From Octopus vulgaris (Eukaryota), in the NCBI GenBank assembly GCA_951406725.2, contig OX597822.1, positions 44,454,001 through 44,518,000 of the forward strand: DNA of 64,000 bases, read 5' to 3'. A program made the position numbers and the translations under genes. The notes under the pieces were generated by a model that was not told the DNA's origin, did not search any database, and saw only the letters and a program-made list of their open reading frames with translations. Shown one piece after another: positions 42,965 through 55,418 of the stretch. Every line of letters begins with the position of its first letter. The first letter of the stretch is position 1.

Positions 42965-43125
42965 TATCTATTTTCTCTCCCTGTTTATTTTTGTGTTCGT
43001 TCCTGTGGAAGAGCCTAGGCTCGAAACGTAAAAGACTTTCTCACTTCCCGAGCGTTAAACTAATACATCTGTTTGTTCTTTACACACCCGTCTTTTTTTT
43101 TTTTTGTAAATTCTCACTAAATATA
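42965..43125 (+). mobile_element. Family A short HHR-bearing element (core at 43003-43034)
   Basis: CTGTGGA-A-gagcc(ta)ggctc-GAAACGTA^aaag plus the family tail. It ends at (TA)n. A more decayed copy lies at about 43620-43735. Confidence 0.7.
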
Positions 43126-43129
43126 TATA

Positions 43130-43572
43130 TAAAATACAAAATGGGACAAGAACGCAAAACATCCAGACAGTTAGGTGATACAAAAAAGGGACGACAAAAC
43201 ATCCAGATAGACGATACAAAGAAAACAAGAATGGGTCATTCGGAGTTTTCTTTCCTCAGTCGTGTTCCAGATTATCTTTGCAATTTATACTAGTTATACT
43301 GGTTATACTAGAGATTGCTCCAATCTGGTCAGCCCCAAGGAAAAACTAAGCTAAAAGCATTAGATTCCTTGGAAGAAAGCAGCGAATGTATATGAAAACA
43401 AGGACGTAAAATAAACAGAGAATGTTACACAAATACAAATAACAACAAGTGTCTTTCGACTGAGGATGAATTAAATTAAGCTGGCCTGTGTGGAAATAAT
43501 GCCCTTTTCCGTCTTTGCTTTCGTATACATTCGCTGCTTCCTTCCAAGATTATCTTTGTAATTTCGGCTGTA
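43130..43572. mobile_element. TA-flanked interspersed repeat (family B) with an internal inverted segment; second copy at about 48055-48440
   Basis: Both copies start aaaatacaaaatgggacaagaacgcaaaaca and share cagccccaaggaaaaactaagcta. 43508-43545 is an inverted copy of 43369-43406. Confidence 0.7.
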
Positions 43573-44591
43573 TATAAACGACGTACTTCTGGTCCAGACA
43601 GCCGCCATGATTGACCGCTAACTCCAAAAGCTTTTTTTCATTCGCCCCTTGTATGTTTTCTCTTGTTCCTTTCTGCTGAAAAGTATATGTCCGAAACCTA
43701 TCTTCGTCTTTTGTTTTTCTGTAAAGTTTAGCTATATATATATATATATAGGTTTGTGGGGTGTCTTTGTGCCTGCGTTTGTCCCTCACCATAGTGGTAA
43801 GGCAACAGAGACCGATAGTAAAGCACCAGACTTTAAAAAAGTACTGCGATTGATTCATTCGACTAAGACTCCTCAAGGCAGTGCTGCAGCATGGCCGCAG
43901 TCGAGTAAATGAAACATGTAAAAAACGAAACATAAAAAATAAAATAATGGTAAAATGCTAGAATTGGTAGAAAGGCAGAATAAAAAGGTCGTAGATGTGA
44001 TAGAAATGTCTGAGACTGGAATAATATGATGGTAAAACTGGTAGAATTGTTAACGGTATTATTTCTTCCTCCTTTGATATATGTCTTTGTTCAGAATTTC
44101 AAAAATACATAGCAAACTGCCAAAACCCTCATTGAACAGGGAATAACCAAATGATACAACGATTGGAAGGAATTGAAGGACAATGCACATATAAATTACA
44201 AAGCAAAAAATCTGATTTACTGCATCACTTAACAAAATTTAATGAAATTTCTATCGGCCAAACAGGATCAAAATGATTAAATTGCGTTAGACTACATAAA
44301 GAACAAATCAAATGTTCATCACGTTGAAATGTTCCATGCGGTTGAAATGTTCCATTCTGATGTTTGCGCAAATGGAAAAAAATTCAAAATACTTTTCTTT
44401 TTTTTCTCTTTTCAAAATAAAGGAAAGCAATGATCAAATACGAAACGGCAAAGACGAATACATAATAAGTCTCGCGCCATTCAGTTATTCCCAGAACTTT
44501 TACATGTACTGAAATTATTCCCATTTAAGAAAACCTTCATACATACATACATACATACATACATACATACATACATGCATACATACATACA

Positions 44592-44626
<35 letters not shown>

Positions 44627-44785
44627 GTCTGACCTTTTAATTGTTGTTTCTCTTGTCCACCTTTATGTCGTATATCTGTCCGAACGTTTTAATACCCTCT
44701 GTTGACTTTTGTCCATTTATATATATATGTATGTATGTATGTATATATATATATATGTATGTATCTATATATATGTATATATAAA

Positions 44786-44847
<62 letters not shown>

Positions 44848-45399
44848 CGGTGTACGTACACCCTTCTGCTCACCTTATAGTAGGTATGTATCTAAATTTT
44901 GTACGCCTCTTACTTCATCTTTTATTCCCCACTTCCATTTTTCTTCCTTTACCTCTCTCCCTCTCTCCCCCTTCTTGGCCTGTCTTTCTTCAACTCCCAC
45001 TATTTCCCACTCGTTTATCTCCCCTGCTCCTTTCCCTTTGTCTCTGATTTTTTTCTAATCCTCTAATCACGCTGTCCCCTTCCCATTTCTCCTCTTTCTA
45101 CGTGGCCGGTGTCCGACCAGCTATGATCATCTTTTCTTGGCCTGACTGCCGACCGCCAACACTTCTTATGTCCATCTCCTATATTCCTGCCTTTAGGCTT
45201 TCACTTCATACAGGCCAGCTCAATTTGAATCGTTCTCAGTCAAAAGACGCCTGTTGTTATTTCTTGTTGTATTCGTAATTGTGTAGCAAGTTCTCCTTTT
45301 TTTTTTGCTTTACAGCGTATCATCTGACCCCATAACCTTTTGGCACATGGCCTTTCTGCCAAGTGGCCTCTCTCAGAAGTCATGTTGTCAACAGGTTTT

Positions 45400-45460
45400 G
45401 GGGTCTGACTATACGATGTAAAGCTATGCACTTAACGGACGTGAAACCCTGAGTAACCCC
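45400..45460 (+). ncRNA. Degenerate type I HHR motif (G8 changed to T)
   Basis: ggggt-CTGACTA-t-acg...cgt-GAAA-ccctgag-TA^acccc, with a perfect 5-bp stem I. (TA)n begins about 25 nt downstream. Confidence 0.5.
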
Positions 45461-45556
45461 ATAGACCGGCCTTATCTATCTTTTCATATATATATATTTC
45501 TATCTCTCTCTCTCTCTCTCTCTCTGTATATATATATATATATATATATATTAATA

Positions 45557-45977
45557 AAAAGAATTCCAACCTTGTCTGATTTTCACGTTTTATTTACAAT
45601 CTTATAATGATATATTATAAGATAATATATTATAATTGAATAAAATAAAATGAAATAGTAGAATGTTAAATATTCATTCTGATTGAACTAGTACTTTCAT
45701 GCATTGAATTCTGCAATCTTCGGGTTCATGTAGTAGTGTTGACAGTCATGCTTCACAATTTTTGACTGTCAAAAATTGTGAAGCATGACTGTCAACACTA
45801 CTACATGAACCCGAAGATTGCAGAATTCAATGCATGAAAGTACTAGTTCAATCAGAATGAATATTTAACATTCTACTATTTCATTTTATTTTATTCAATT
45901 ATAATATATTATCTTATAATATATCATTATAAGATTGTAAATAAAACGTGAAAATCAGACAAGGTTGGAATTCTTTT
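45557..45977. repeat. Perfect palindrome (~210-bp arms, 1-nt centre at 45767) flanked by (TA)n
   Basis: The arms are reverse complementary around ...tttttgac-t-gtcaaaaa... The match extends a few more bp after a 1-nt indel. Confidence 0.95.
45806..45850 (+). ncRNA. Type I HHR with U4C core; mirror copy on the minus strand at 45684-45728
   Basis: tgaac-CCGAAGA-t-tgca(gaattcaa)tgca-t-GAAA-gtac-TA^gttca. Stem III is the palindrome AGTACT. Confidence 0.7.
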
Positions 45978-46021
45978 ATTAATATATTCTTCTATACACA
46001 ATCACACACACCCACACACCC

Positions 46022-46052
<31 letters not shown>

Positions 46053-46373
46053 AGAAATATGGTTCATTAACTACAAAATACAAATATCCACTCTACCACA
46101 CTTATAACTCTTTATAACTTATTTCCCAACCTTATTTCGGCAAATGTGCTAAGCACTGATGCTGATTATAGCTTAATCAATAAGCGTAGGAGTGAGGTAA
46201 ATGCAGTAAAAATAGGTTGGGAGTCAGTGGAGCCCCATTTAAGCGTCTTTTCAGAAATTGAACCACCTTACGCTACTCCCTGGGAGTTCATGGTATGAAA
46301 TTCATTGTCCTTGAACATCACTCAAAAATCTCTCTCTCCCTCACTCTCTCTCCCACTCTCTCTCTCTCACACA

Positions 46374-46443
<70 letters not shown>

Positions 46444-46582
46444 GTCTGTCTCTTTCCGCACCCTTCTCTTTATATTCCTCCCTTTTTTCTCTTTCTTTTT
46501 AACTCTATCTTGTCGTTACTACCACCCTTAATTGCTTATCATCATCCGTTCACCAACCGAAATACACAACACACACACTCAC

Positions 46583-46630
<48 letters not shown>

Positions 46631-47248
46631 GCACACACACACACACACACACACAAAATCACACATGTACACACACAGACCGTTCACAAACAAAATAATC
46701 ACACATAGCCACACAAACGACCTTATATTTTATCAACATCTAAAAATATTCCATACGTAAACAACATCACAGGTAATTCTGGAAAAGTTTAAGGCAGGCT
46801 TTTTCAATTATCGGGGATAGTTTTCTTTTCGTTTTTGCATTATTAATATGATTAGGCCTCCCTTATTTCCAGTCAGAAGAACATATTTGCATACGGGTTC
46901 CCTTTATCTTTTAATTTATACCCTTTTATAATCAAGGATGTTCTTGTGAACAAACAAACTGCAGCCGCGAGCATTGCCTCTTTCTATTGTTTTCAATAAT
47001 TTCAAAAAACAGAGATAGCAAGTATGTGCAACCACTTGTCAAACCCTATTGCATTTTAAATTGCTTTCAATTTTTCCCTTAATCAGACTTGGATGACGTT
47101 CTAATACATATATACATACATGCATACATACAGAAGCCCAAGGACACACACATTTATACATATATATATGCATACTGACATGTATATATATGTGTGAATG
47201 TGAGTGTGTGTGTATTTGTGTGTGTGTGTGTGCATGTGTATATATATG

Positions 47249-47303
<55 letters not shown>

Positions 47304-47736
47304 CGTGTATGCATATATACGCATACATATGTATATGAAAAGACATACACAGTTATACACATTCACACACATACATACATACACGCGAGCGCACGCACAC
47401 AAGCACATACATTCACAAACACACACATACACAAATACACACGAATACGCACACGCACACATACACACACATCGCTAGTCACACTCACACACAACGAAGC
47501 GATTCTGAATTGAGAATCCATTATTGTAAACTATAATTTTGTAATGTAAAAATCTCTGGAAATTGAATAAAATATTTATCTATACTATCGATCTATACCT
47601 ATATCGATCTTTCAATATATCGACATATATGTCTGTCTGTTCGTCTGTAAGTGTTTATGTCAAATAAATTCTATCTCCTTTTCAATCTCTTGCTCTCTCC
47701 CTCTCTTTCATTCTCTATCCGTCCATTTATCTATCC

Positions 47737-47779
<43 letters not shown>

Positions 47780-47880
47780 TATATATATTATATATATTAT
47801 ATATGTTGTATATAAGGGATTATCTATCTAGCTTACTGGTTAATTAGCTGCCAATCAATCTCTCTTTCTATCTATCAATC

Positions 47881-47931
<51 letters not shown>

Positions 47932-48022
47932 TTGTCCATGTATCTAGCTAGCTAACTCTCTCTCTCTCTATATGTATATATATATATGTCTATTTGTCTA
48001 TCTGTCTATCTATCTATCTCTC

Positions 48023-48053
<31 letters not shown>

Positions 48054-48635
48054 TAAAAATACAAAATGGGACAAGAACGCAAAACACTCAAATAGACGAC
48101 ACAAAATTCGAAGCCTCTAATCTTCAGTCAAGAACCGGATCATCCTCGCAATTTCGGCTGATTAATCTTGAGATCGCTCCGATCCGGCCAGCCCCAAGGA
48201 AAAACTAAGCTACGAGCATTAGATTTCTTGGGAAAAGGATTGAATGTATACGAAACAAGGACAGAAAAACGGACGATGCCACACGAATATAAATACAAAA
48301 AACATTAATAGTAGTAACAGGACAAAAACAGCGGGTGTCTTACGACTTTAGACAGTTCAACTTAGCTTAGCTGCGTATTTGGAAAAAAATGCCTTTACGG
48401 CAGACGAAGAAATCGATGTTGTCGCGGCGGTGCTCAGAAGCCGAAAGGCTAGTTGACTGGCGGTCACGTGAGAGGAGAAGAGAGAGAAAAAAAGGGGCAA
48501 AGGAATCAAAGAGAAAGAAAAAGAGGGACAATATATATATATATATATATCGCTATCTATCTATCCGTCTATCTGTCGAATCTATCAAATATTTATCTCT
48601 CTATCAATTCAACTATCAAATTTTCTATCTATTTA

Positions 48636-49226
48636 TGTTATCGAGGGAGCGTTGCCCGTTCGGGATAAGCTCTACAGGCACGGTTCGAGACACATCGGAT
48701 CGACTTGCCCGAGATGTAGTCAGAGCGACGTAACCGTTCTGTACGCACGTGTGTAGTGTCCACCCATTTCGGACCTGTGAGCTTATGGCGAACGGCTGCT
48801 ATCACACATGGGATGAATTCTGTTGTCGGCCGAGTCTATCGTAAAAATGTCCCCGCTACCTTCCCTTAACCGGGAAGGCAAGGCAGTCTTCATCGTACAG
48901 GTGTCCATAGTGAAAGAACGTGTGTGGTGGACTCGAGCGAAATGATTAGAGACAAACACTTACCTCTCTGGCCAATCGTTCATCAACTTTTTCAAGTACC
49001 ACTTGAAAAGGAAGGTGAGAATAGAGAGGCAGGTTTTGTCTCGTGAAAGTTTCAAAAAAGGTGAGTGAACGTAGCAAAGAGAGTACGTACGAATGACGAA
49101 ACCACTTTGAGCATGATCCTGTAAATCGAAAGAGAGAGAGAGAGCACTTTGCTCTCATGTGTTTATTCCCTCCTTGCCTGAGATTACCGTGATCTCTTTC
49201 GTAGGCTTTTCTTTCCACGGATAAAC
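48636..49226 (-). mobile_element. Possible solo LTR
   Basis: A ~590-bp island of higher GC that starts tgttatcg and ends cggataaac, close to the expected inverted cgataaca. AATAAA is present on the minus strand near 49165. No TSD was found. Confidence 0.3.
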
Positions 49227-49911
49227 CTAATCTTGCTTTTGATATTTTAGATAGTTTCTGTGATACACGATCCCTTTTGATCGCTTTTTATTTTTTTTTA
49301 CACGATCCTTTTGATCAGAAATTTATATTCTCCTCCTTTATTTTTCTATTTTATTTTTTTTTCGAAAAAAAGTATTTTGTCCTCTCTGTGTTCGGACCCG
49401 TGTGGCTAATTAAGAAACTTACTTATGTATCCATTAATCAATCTATTTATATATACATGCAAATACACACAAGCATACACGTGCACATACGCATTCACAC
49501 TCACATATATTGATAGCCAAACAAATAGATAGATAGATATATCGATAGATAGATAGACAGATACATACATACATACATACGTAATATAAATAATATATAA
49601 ATTTCTATTTTTGTTTTTTATGTTTTCGTTTCTCATTGTGTCCAACGTGTTTTTGATGTCCTGTACCCATATATGCATGTATATATACCTATAAATGTAG
49701 GTATGTACATATATGTATGTATATATGCATATATTTATATATTATTTATATTATTATATGATCGAACGCCATGCATCCTTTTCCAAGTAAGTTTTATCAT
49801 ACATACATGCATACATACATACATACATACATACATACATACATACATACATACATACATACATACATACATACATACATACATACATAGTGGGATAGAG
49901 AGATAGACTGG

Positions 49912-49950
<39 letters not shown>

Positions 49951-49970
49951 ATAAATACATACATAGAGGG

Positions 49971-50003
<33 letters not shown>

Positions 50004-50480
50004 TAGATACAAAAATAGATAGATACATATATATATGCATACATACGTACATAGATACATAGACAGATAGATCGATCGATCGATTGATAGATAGATAGTT
50101 ACATACATACATACATACATACATAAATAGATAGATAGATAGAGAGAGAGAGAGAGAAAGAGAGAGTGAGTCAGACACACATACATTCTTTTGTATCTCC
50201 ATATCTATGTTTGTGATTTTCTTATCATCTCCTTCCCCTCCCCCGCCACCACTCCTTTTCCTTTACGTTCCCTCTTTTGCGCCCCCACCCCGACTACCAC
50301 CACTCCCCTACACATCCCCTTAACACCAGCCCCATCCAATATATTATGCAAATGAGCAAGATACCAAATAGATTATTGATTTAGCAATTCGGGAAGGATT
50401 CTCGTTAGGAAGCCCTCATCCCCTGGTTGTGATTTTATTAATGTTGCTGTTGTTAATGTTGAGGTTGTTATTGTTCTCGA

Positions 50481-50511
<31 letters not shown>

Positions 50512-51376
50512 GCTACTGCTATTGTTGTTTTGTTTATAACGATAATGATGTTGATGGCGGTAGTGAGGTTGGGGTGGTGGAAGTGGTTGTGGTGGTGGAG
50601 GTTGTTGTGTGGTGGTGGTGTTTGATGGTGGTAGTGAGGGTGAGGCAGAGGGTGGTGTTGGTGTTAGTGGTGGTGGCGGCGTCGGTGGTGTTGCTGCTGA
50701 TGGTGATGGTGGTGGTGGTGGTGGTGGTGGTGGTGATGATGACAATGACAGTGATGATGATTATGATGATGAGGATGAGGATGATGATGATGATGACGAC
50801 GATGATGGCGATGGGGAATGTAATGACGATGATAATGATGACAGTGATGATGATGATGGTTATGACGGCGGTGACGGCGACGACGGCGATGACGATTATG
50901 GTGATGATGATTGTTGTTGCCATTAATGTTGAATCGCTGCCGCTCTTCATTTTGTTTTTCATTTTCATTTGCCTATGTTGTTGTTGTTCTTCTTCTTGTG
51001 GTTGCGGCTGTGGTTCCTGTTAAAGAATCTATTTTATAGCTTTCGTAATTGTTGTGTTTGTGGTTATTATTTTTGCTGCTGTTGTTGTTGTTCTGTTGTA
51101 GTTGTTGTGTAGTAATTTTATAATCTCCATCTTCCGATATCTGGAGCTTGGAACAGTATAATAATTTACAATTAGCCATAGGTCGACACGAAACGTGCGT
51201 GGATGATAAGATGCAAATAGGCGGAGGCATGGCTGTGTGGTAAGAAGATTGTTTCCCACTCACATGGTTCCGGGTTCAGACCCACTGCGTGGAACTTTGG
51301 GCTATTGCCGTCTACTATAGCCTCGGGCCGATCAAAGCCTTGTGAGTGAATTTGGTTGACGGAAATTGAAATGAGC

Positions 51377-51432
<56 letters not shown>

Positions 51433-51487
51433 TATATATATATACATATACATACAAATATATATATACATAATATATGTATATATG

Positions 51488-51553
<66 letters not shown>

Positions 51554-51651
51554 ATATGTATGTATATATTATAGAGATGTACTTGCATAGCAAGTGATCT
51601 GATCTGAGATCGTGTGTTGGAACGAAAAAAATTGCAGCGTGGAAGGTGTTT

Positions 51652-51871
51652 ATAAGCCATTTAAGAAACACACAAAAACCGTTAGATTCACTTCAACATT
51701 TAAATTTAATTTGCCAAAATATTTTCGTCGCTTTGAGACACTGACAAAATTCCGCGCTGCATTTTGTCAGTGAACAGGTCGCAGTTTCAAAGCGACGAAA
51801 ATGTTTTGGCAAATCAAATTTAAATGTTGAATTGAATATAACGGTTTTTGCGTGTTTCTTAAATGGCTTAT
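51652..51871. repeat. Imperfect long inverted repeat nested in the (TA)n of a SINE
   Basis: Arms at about 51652-51750 and 51761-51871 have a 10-nt spacer and several mismatches. The left arm lacks about 13 nt covering the ribozyme core. Confidence 0.9.
51763..51813 (+). ncRNA. Type I HHR motif with G3:C8 swapped core
   Basis: tttgtca-GTGAACA-g-gtcgc(agtttcaaa)gcgac-GAAA-atgt-TT^tggcaaa, with a 7-bp stem I and a 5-bp stem II. The left arm preserves the palindromic stem III AATATT. Confidence 0.7.
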
Positions 51872-52306
51872 GATCACCGCCCATGGTGCAATTGTATATA
51901 TATATACGTGCGTGGTGGGTGGTACTCCCGCCATCGCTTGACAGCTGATGTTCGTTCGTTTAAGTCCCTGAAACCTAGGCATGCAAAGAAAAGGCCCTGT
52001 GGTCGATTCGTTCGACTATAGGCGGTGCTTCAGTGTGGCTTCAGTCAAATGACTGAAACAAAAAAATTTAAAAATACGTACACACACACACATAAATATA
52101 TATAATAAAAATATGTTACAGACGAAAATAGAAACTACACGGGCAATTTTAAGGGGAAAGTAAGAAGAAAAATAAGCGAAAGTGCACATTGGAAATCAAA
52201 AAAAGTAAAGGCTTTTTATGAAAAGTAATGATATATATATATACAATTAGATGAATTGAGGTAGGAATAAAAGTAATAAAAGTCATTATTGTGAATTGTT
52301 AAAGAG

Positions 52307-52354
52307 ATTCAAAGGCATACCGGTTTCGTAAAATTATTGTTCACTGCTTTGAAT
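52307..52354 (-). ncRNA. Type I HHR motif with G3:C8 swapped core, in an unrelated element
   Basis: Minus strand reads attcaaagca-GTGAACA-ataa(tt)ttac-GAAA-ccgg-TA^tgcctttgaat. Stem I has about 10 bp and stem III is the palindrome ACCGGT. The element's 3' flank ends at (TA)n near 52243. Confidence 0.72.
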
Positions 52355-52487
52355 GCGCACCGATTACCTAATGGTGTCAGGTCTACTAGTCCCTGACTAA
52401 AAAGATTATGTATATATACACCCACACACACACACATATGTATGTATGTATATATCTGTGTGTGGTGTGTGTTGTGCGTGTGTGTGT

Positions 52488-52538
<51 letters not shown>

Positions 52539-52551
52539 ATGTTTGTTACAA

Positions 52552-52716
52552 CCATTGCCGGACAACCGATTTTGATGTGCTTACGACCCGAAATCTAGCG
52601 GTTAGGCAAAAGAGACTGATAGAATAAGTACTTGGCTTACAAAGGATAAGTCCTGGGGTCGATTTGTTCGACTGAAGAAAAAAAAAACTTTTAAGGCGGT
52701 GCTCCAGTATGGCCGC
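52552..52716 (+). mobile_element. SINE family 1, 3' half
   Basis: Homology to the tail half. Confidence 0.78.
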
Positions 52717-53363
52717 ATATAAAATAATTTATCGGGACTAATATAATACAATCCTGTTTTCTGAATATACTGCAGTGTAGTTTAATCTAGTTTAATCTAG
52801 TTTAGTGTATATTAATCTCAGTGTACTCTTCTTTAGAGCCGTATAATAGCTATACTGTAGTTTTATTCTTAAACCTGTACCTCACAGTGCTTATCACGAG
52901 CTGTTGAGCAGAATTGAATTTTTCAAAGCTATCTTGTAAAAGAACAAATTCAGTCTTCCATGACTGAAGAGCACTTATATTCTTTATGCATAGAATCTCT
53001 TGGAAATAACATTGTAACAAAGATCTGGTATGAAAAAATTTTCTTACGAGAATATGTTGTAGGAAGAAAAAAACAGATCAAAGAAGTGTTTTGTATAATT
53101 GCATTACATGTTGTACGTATTCTTGAAGATGTTTAAAATAAAAAGAAATATTATGTTGACTGCATCCATTCTATGTAATGTTTCATCTTTCTGTAAAGTT
53201 CTATGCATGTATATAACGTTTCCCTAATTTTTATCACCCCGTGACTCGGAAACTGTAAGGCATATCACATTTTTATTCACATTCGTCACTTTGACATGTG
53301 AAATAATCCAGTGCAACAATTTTAATCAAGATCCGAGATGAAATGATTGTTATTATTATTATT

Positions 53364-53395
<32 letters not shown>

Positions 53396-53804
53396 CGTTG
53401 TTGTTGTTGTTGTCGTTGTTGTTGTTGTTGCTGTTGTTTTTTGTTCTTGTTGTTATATTAAAAGCGGTGATATGTCATGAAAGAATCTTATTGTAAAAGA
53501 TAGCAGTAGTTACTGAGACCTTGTTGCAGCATGCGAAGAACCGTCTATAACAGTTCGTTTTCAGTGGTTGTCCCTACACTGAATTAAATGGTGCTATAGT
53601 ATGACGAAGTGTGATTTGATGTCCAGGAATTGCTATGTGGTTAAGGTGCTCACTTCGTAAGCACGTGGTTTCAGAGTCAATCCCGCTCCGCGTTTCATGA
53701 CGAATATGATGTCTGAATATTCTAGATTCTGGGTCAGCAAGTGCGTAATTCAAACTTATTGTTTCCCTTCATTTCAATATTTTTTATAAATTCTTTTTAT
53801 TCTT

Positions 53805-54866
53805 TTCTACCCCAGGCACAAGGCCCGAAATTTGGGCGGGGGGGGGGCGCCAGTCGATTAGATCGACCCCAGTACGCAAGTGGTACTTTACTTATCCACA
53901 CCGAAAGGATGAAAAGCAAAGTCGAACTCGGCGAAATTCGACCTCAGATCGTAAAGACAGACGAAATACCGCTAAGCATTTCGCCCGGCGTGCTAACGTT
54001 TCTGCCTGCTGGCAGCCTTAAAATAATCGTTACTACTCTAGGCACAAGGCTCGAAATTTTGAGGGAGGAGGCCAGTCGATTAGATCGACCCCAGTACGCA
54101 AGTGGTACTTTACTTATCCAGTCCGAAAGGATGAAAGGCAAAGTCGGACTCGGCGAAATTCGACCTCAGAACAAAAAAAAAGACAAAATACCGCTAAGTA
54201 TTTCGCCCGACGTGCTAACATTTCTTATTTCTTTATTGCCAACAAGGGGCTAACCATAGAGGGGACAAACAATGAGAGACAAACGGATTAAGTCGATTAC
54301 ATCGACCCCAGTTCGTAACTGGCACTTAATTTATCGACCCCGAAAGGATAAAAGGCTTAGTCGACCTCGGCGGAATTTGAAATCAGAACGTAGCGGCAGA
54401 CGAAATGCCGCTAAGCATTTCGCCCGGCGTGCTAACGTTTCTGCCGGCTCACCGCCTTTAATATTCCAAGAATCTTTTCTACTCTAGGCACAATGCAGGA
54501 AAGTTTTTTGGGAGGGGGCCAGTCGATTGGATAGACACCAGTACGCAACTGGTACTTAATTCATCGACCACGAAAGGATGAAAGGCAAAATTGATCTCGA
54601 CGGAATTTGAACTGAGAACTTAGCAACGCGCGAGATACCTTTTTCTATTTCTTTACTACCCACGAAGGGCTAAACACAGAGGGGACGAACAAGGACAGAC
54701 AAACGGATTAAGTCGATTATATCGACTCCAGTGCGTAACTGGTACTTAATTTATCGACCCCGAAAGGATGAAAGGCAAAGTCGACCGCGGCGGAATTTGA
54801 ACTCAGAACGTAACGACAGACGAAATACTGCTAAGCATTTCGCCCGGCGTGCTAACGTTTCTGCGC
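53805..54866 (-). mobile_element. Tandem cluster of about 5 copies of SINE family 2
   Basis: Repeated units ...cgaaaggatgaaaggcaaagtcgacctcggcggaatttgaactcagaacgtagcggcagacgaaat.ccgctaagcatttcgcccggcgtgctaacgtttctgc with two alternative 3' tails. Confidence 0.88.
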
Positions 54867-55375
54867 CTAAATAAAAGCTGCACTTTGGAATATATTTTGT
54901 TTTGTTTTATGACGAATATGAAGTCTGAATTTTCTAGATTCTGGGTCAACAAGTGCGAAATACAAAGTTATTGTTTCCTTTCGTTTCAATATTTTTTATA
55001 AATTCTTTTTCTTATCATCCAATTTTATACCGTTTTATTAGCTCCTTTATTGTCAACCGATTTACGATACTTTATTGCCACCTGCTTTTTTAATCAGATT
55101 TTTGAAAAAAGAAGCTTAATCTAGTTGTATTTCATTTAAATATTTTATTAATTGTTTTATTGGCGCCTTGTATTTGTTATTTTGAATATGCGTTGAATAG
55201 GTGTGGTTGGGGAGTGATTTGTGGAACTGATGCCGGTTCTTACATTCGCCTGATGGAAGTGGTCAATGGGAATTGGTTAGAATGATTTGGAGTAAATATC
55301 AACAACAACAACAGCAACAGCAAGAATAGACGGTGAGAATAACAACAACTGAGAGAGAAAAGAGAGACAAAAGAG

Positions 55376-55418
<43 letters not shown>

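Larger units (their letters stand above)
51220..52065 (+). mobile_element. SINE family 1 split by the palindromic HHR element in its internal (TA)n
   Basis: Head at 51220-51380 and tail at about 51925-52065. Confidence 0.8.

Noticed and set aside
53741-54253. 170-aa ORF with an internal repeat
   Set aside because: It is an antisense read-through of tandem SINE copies.
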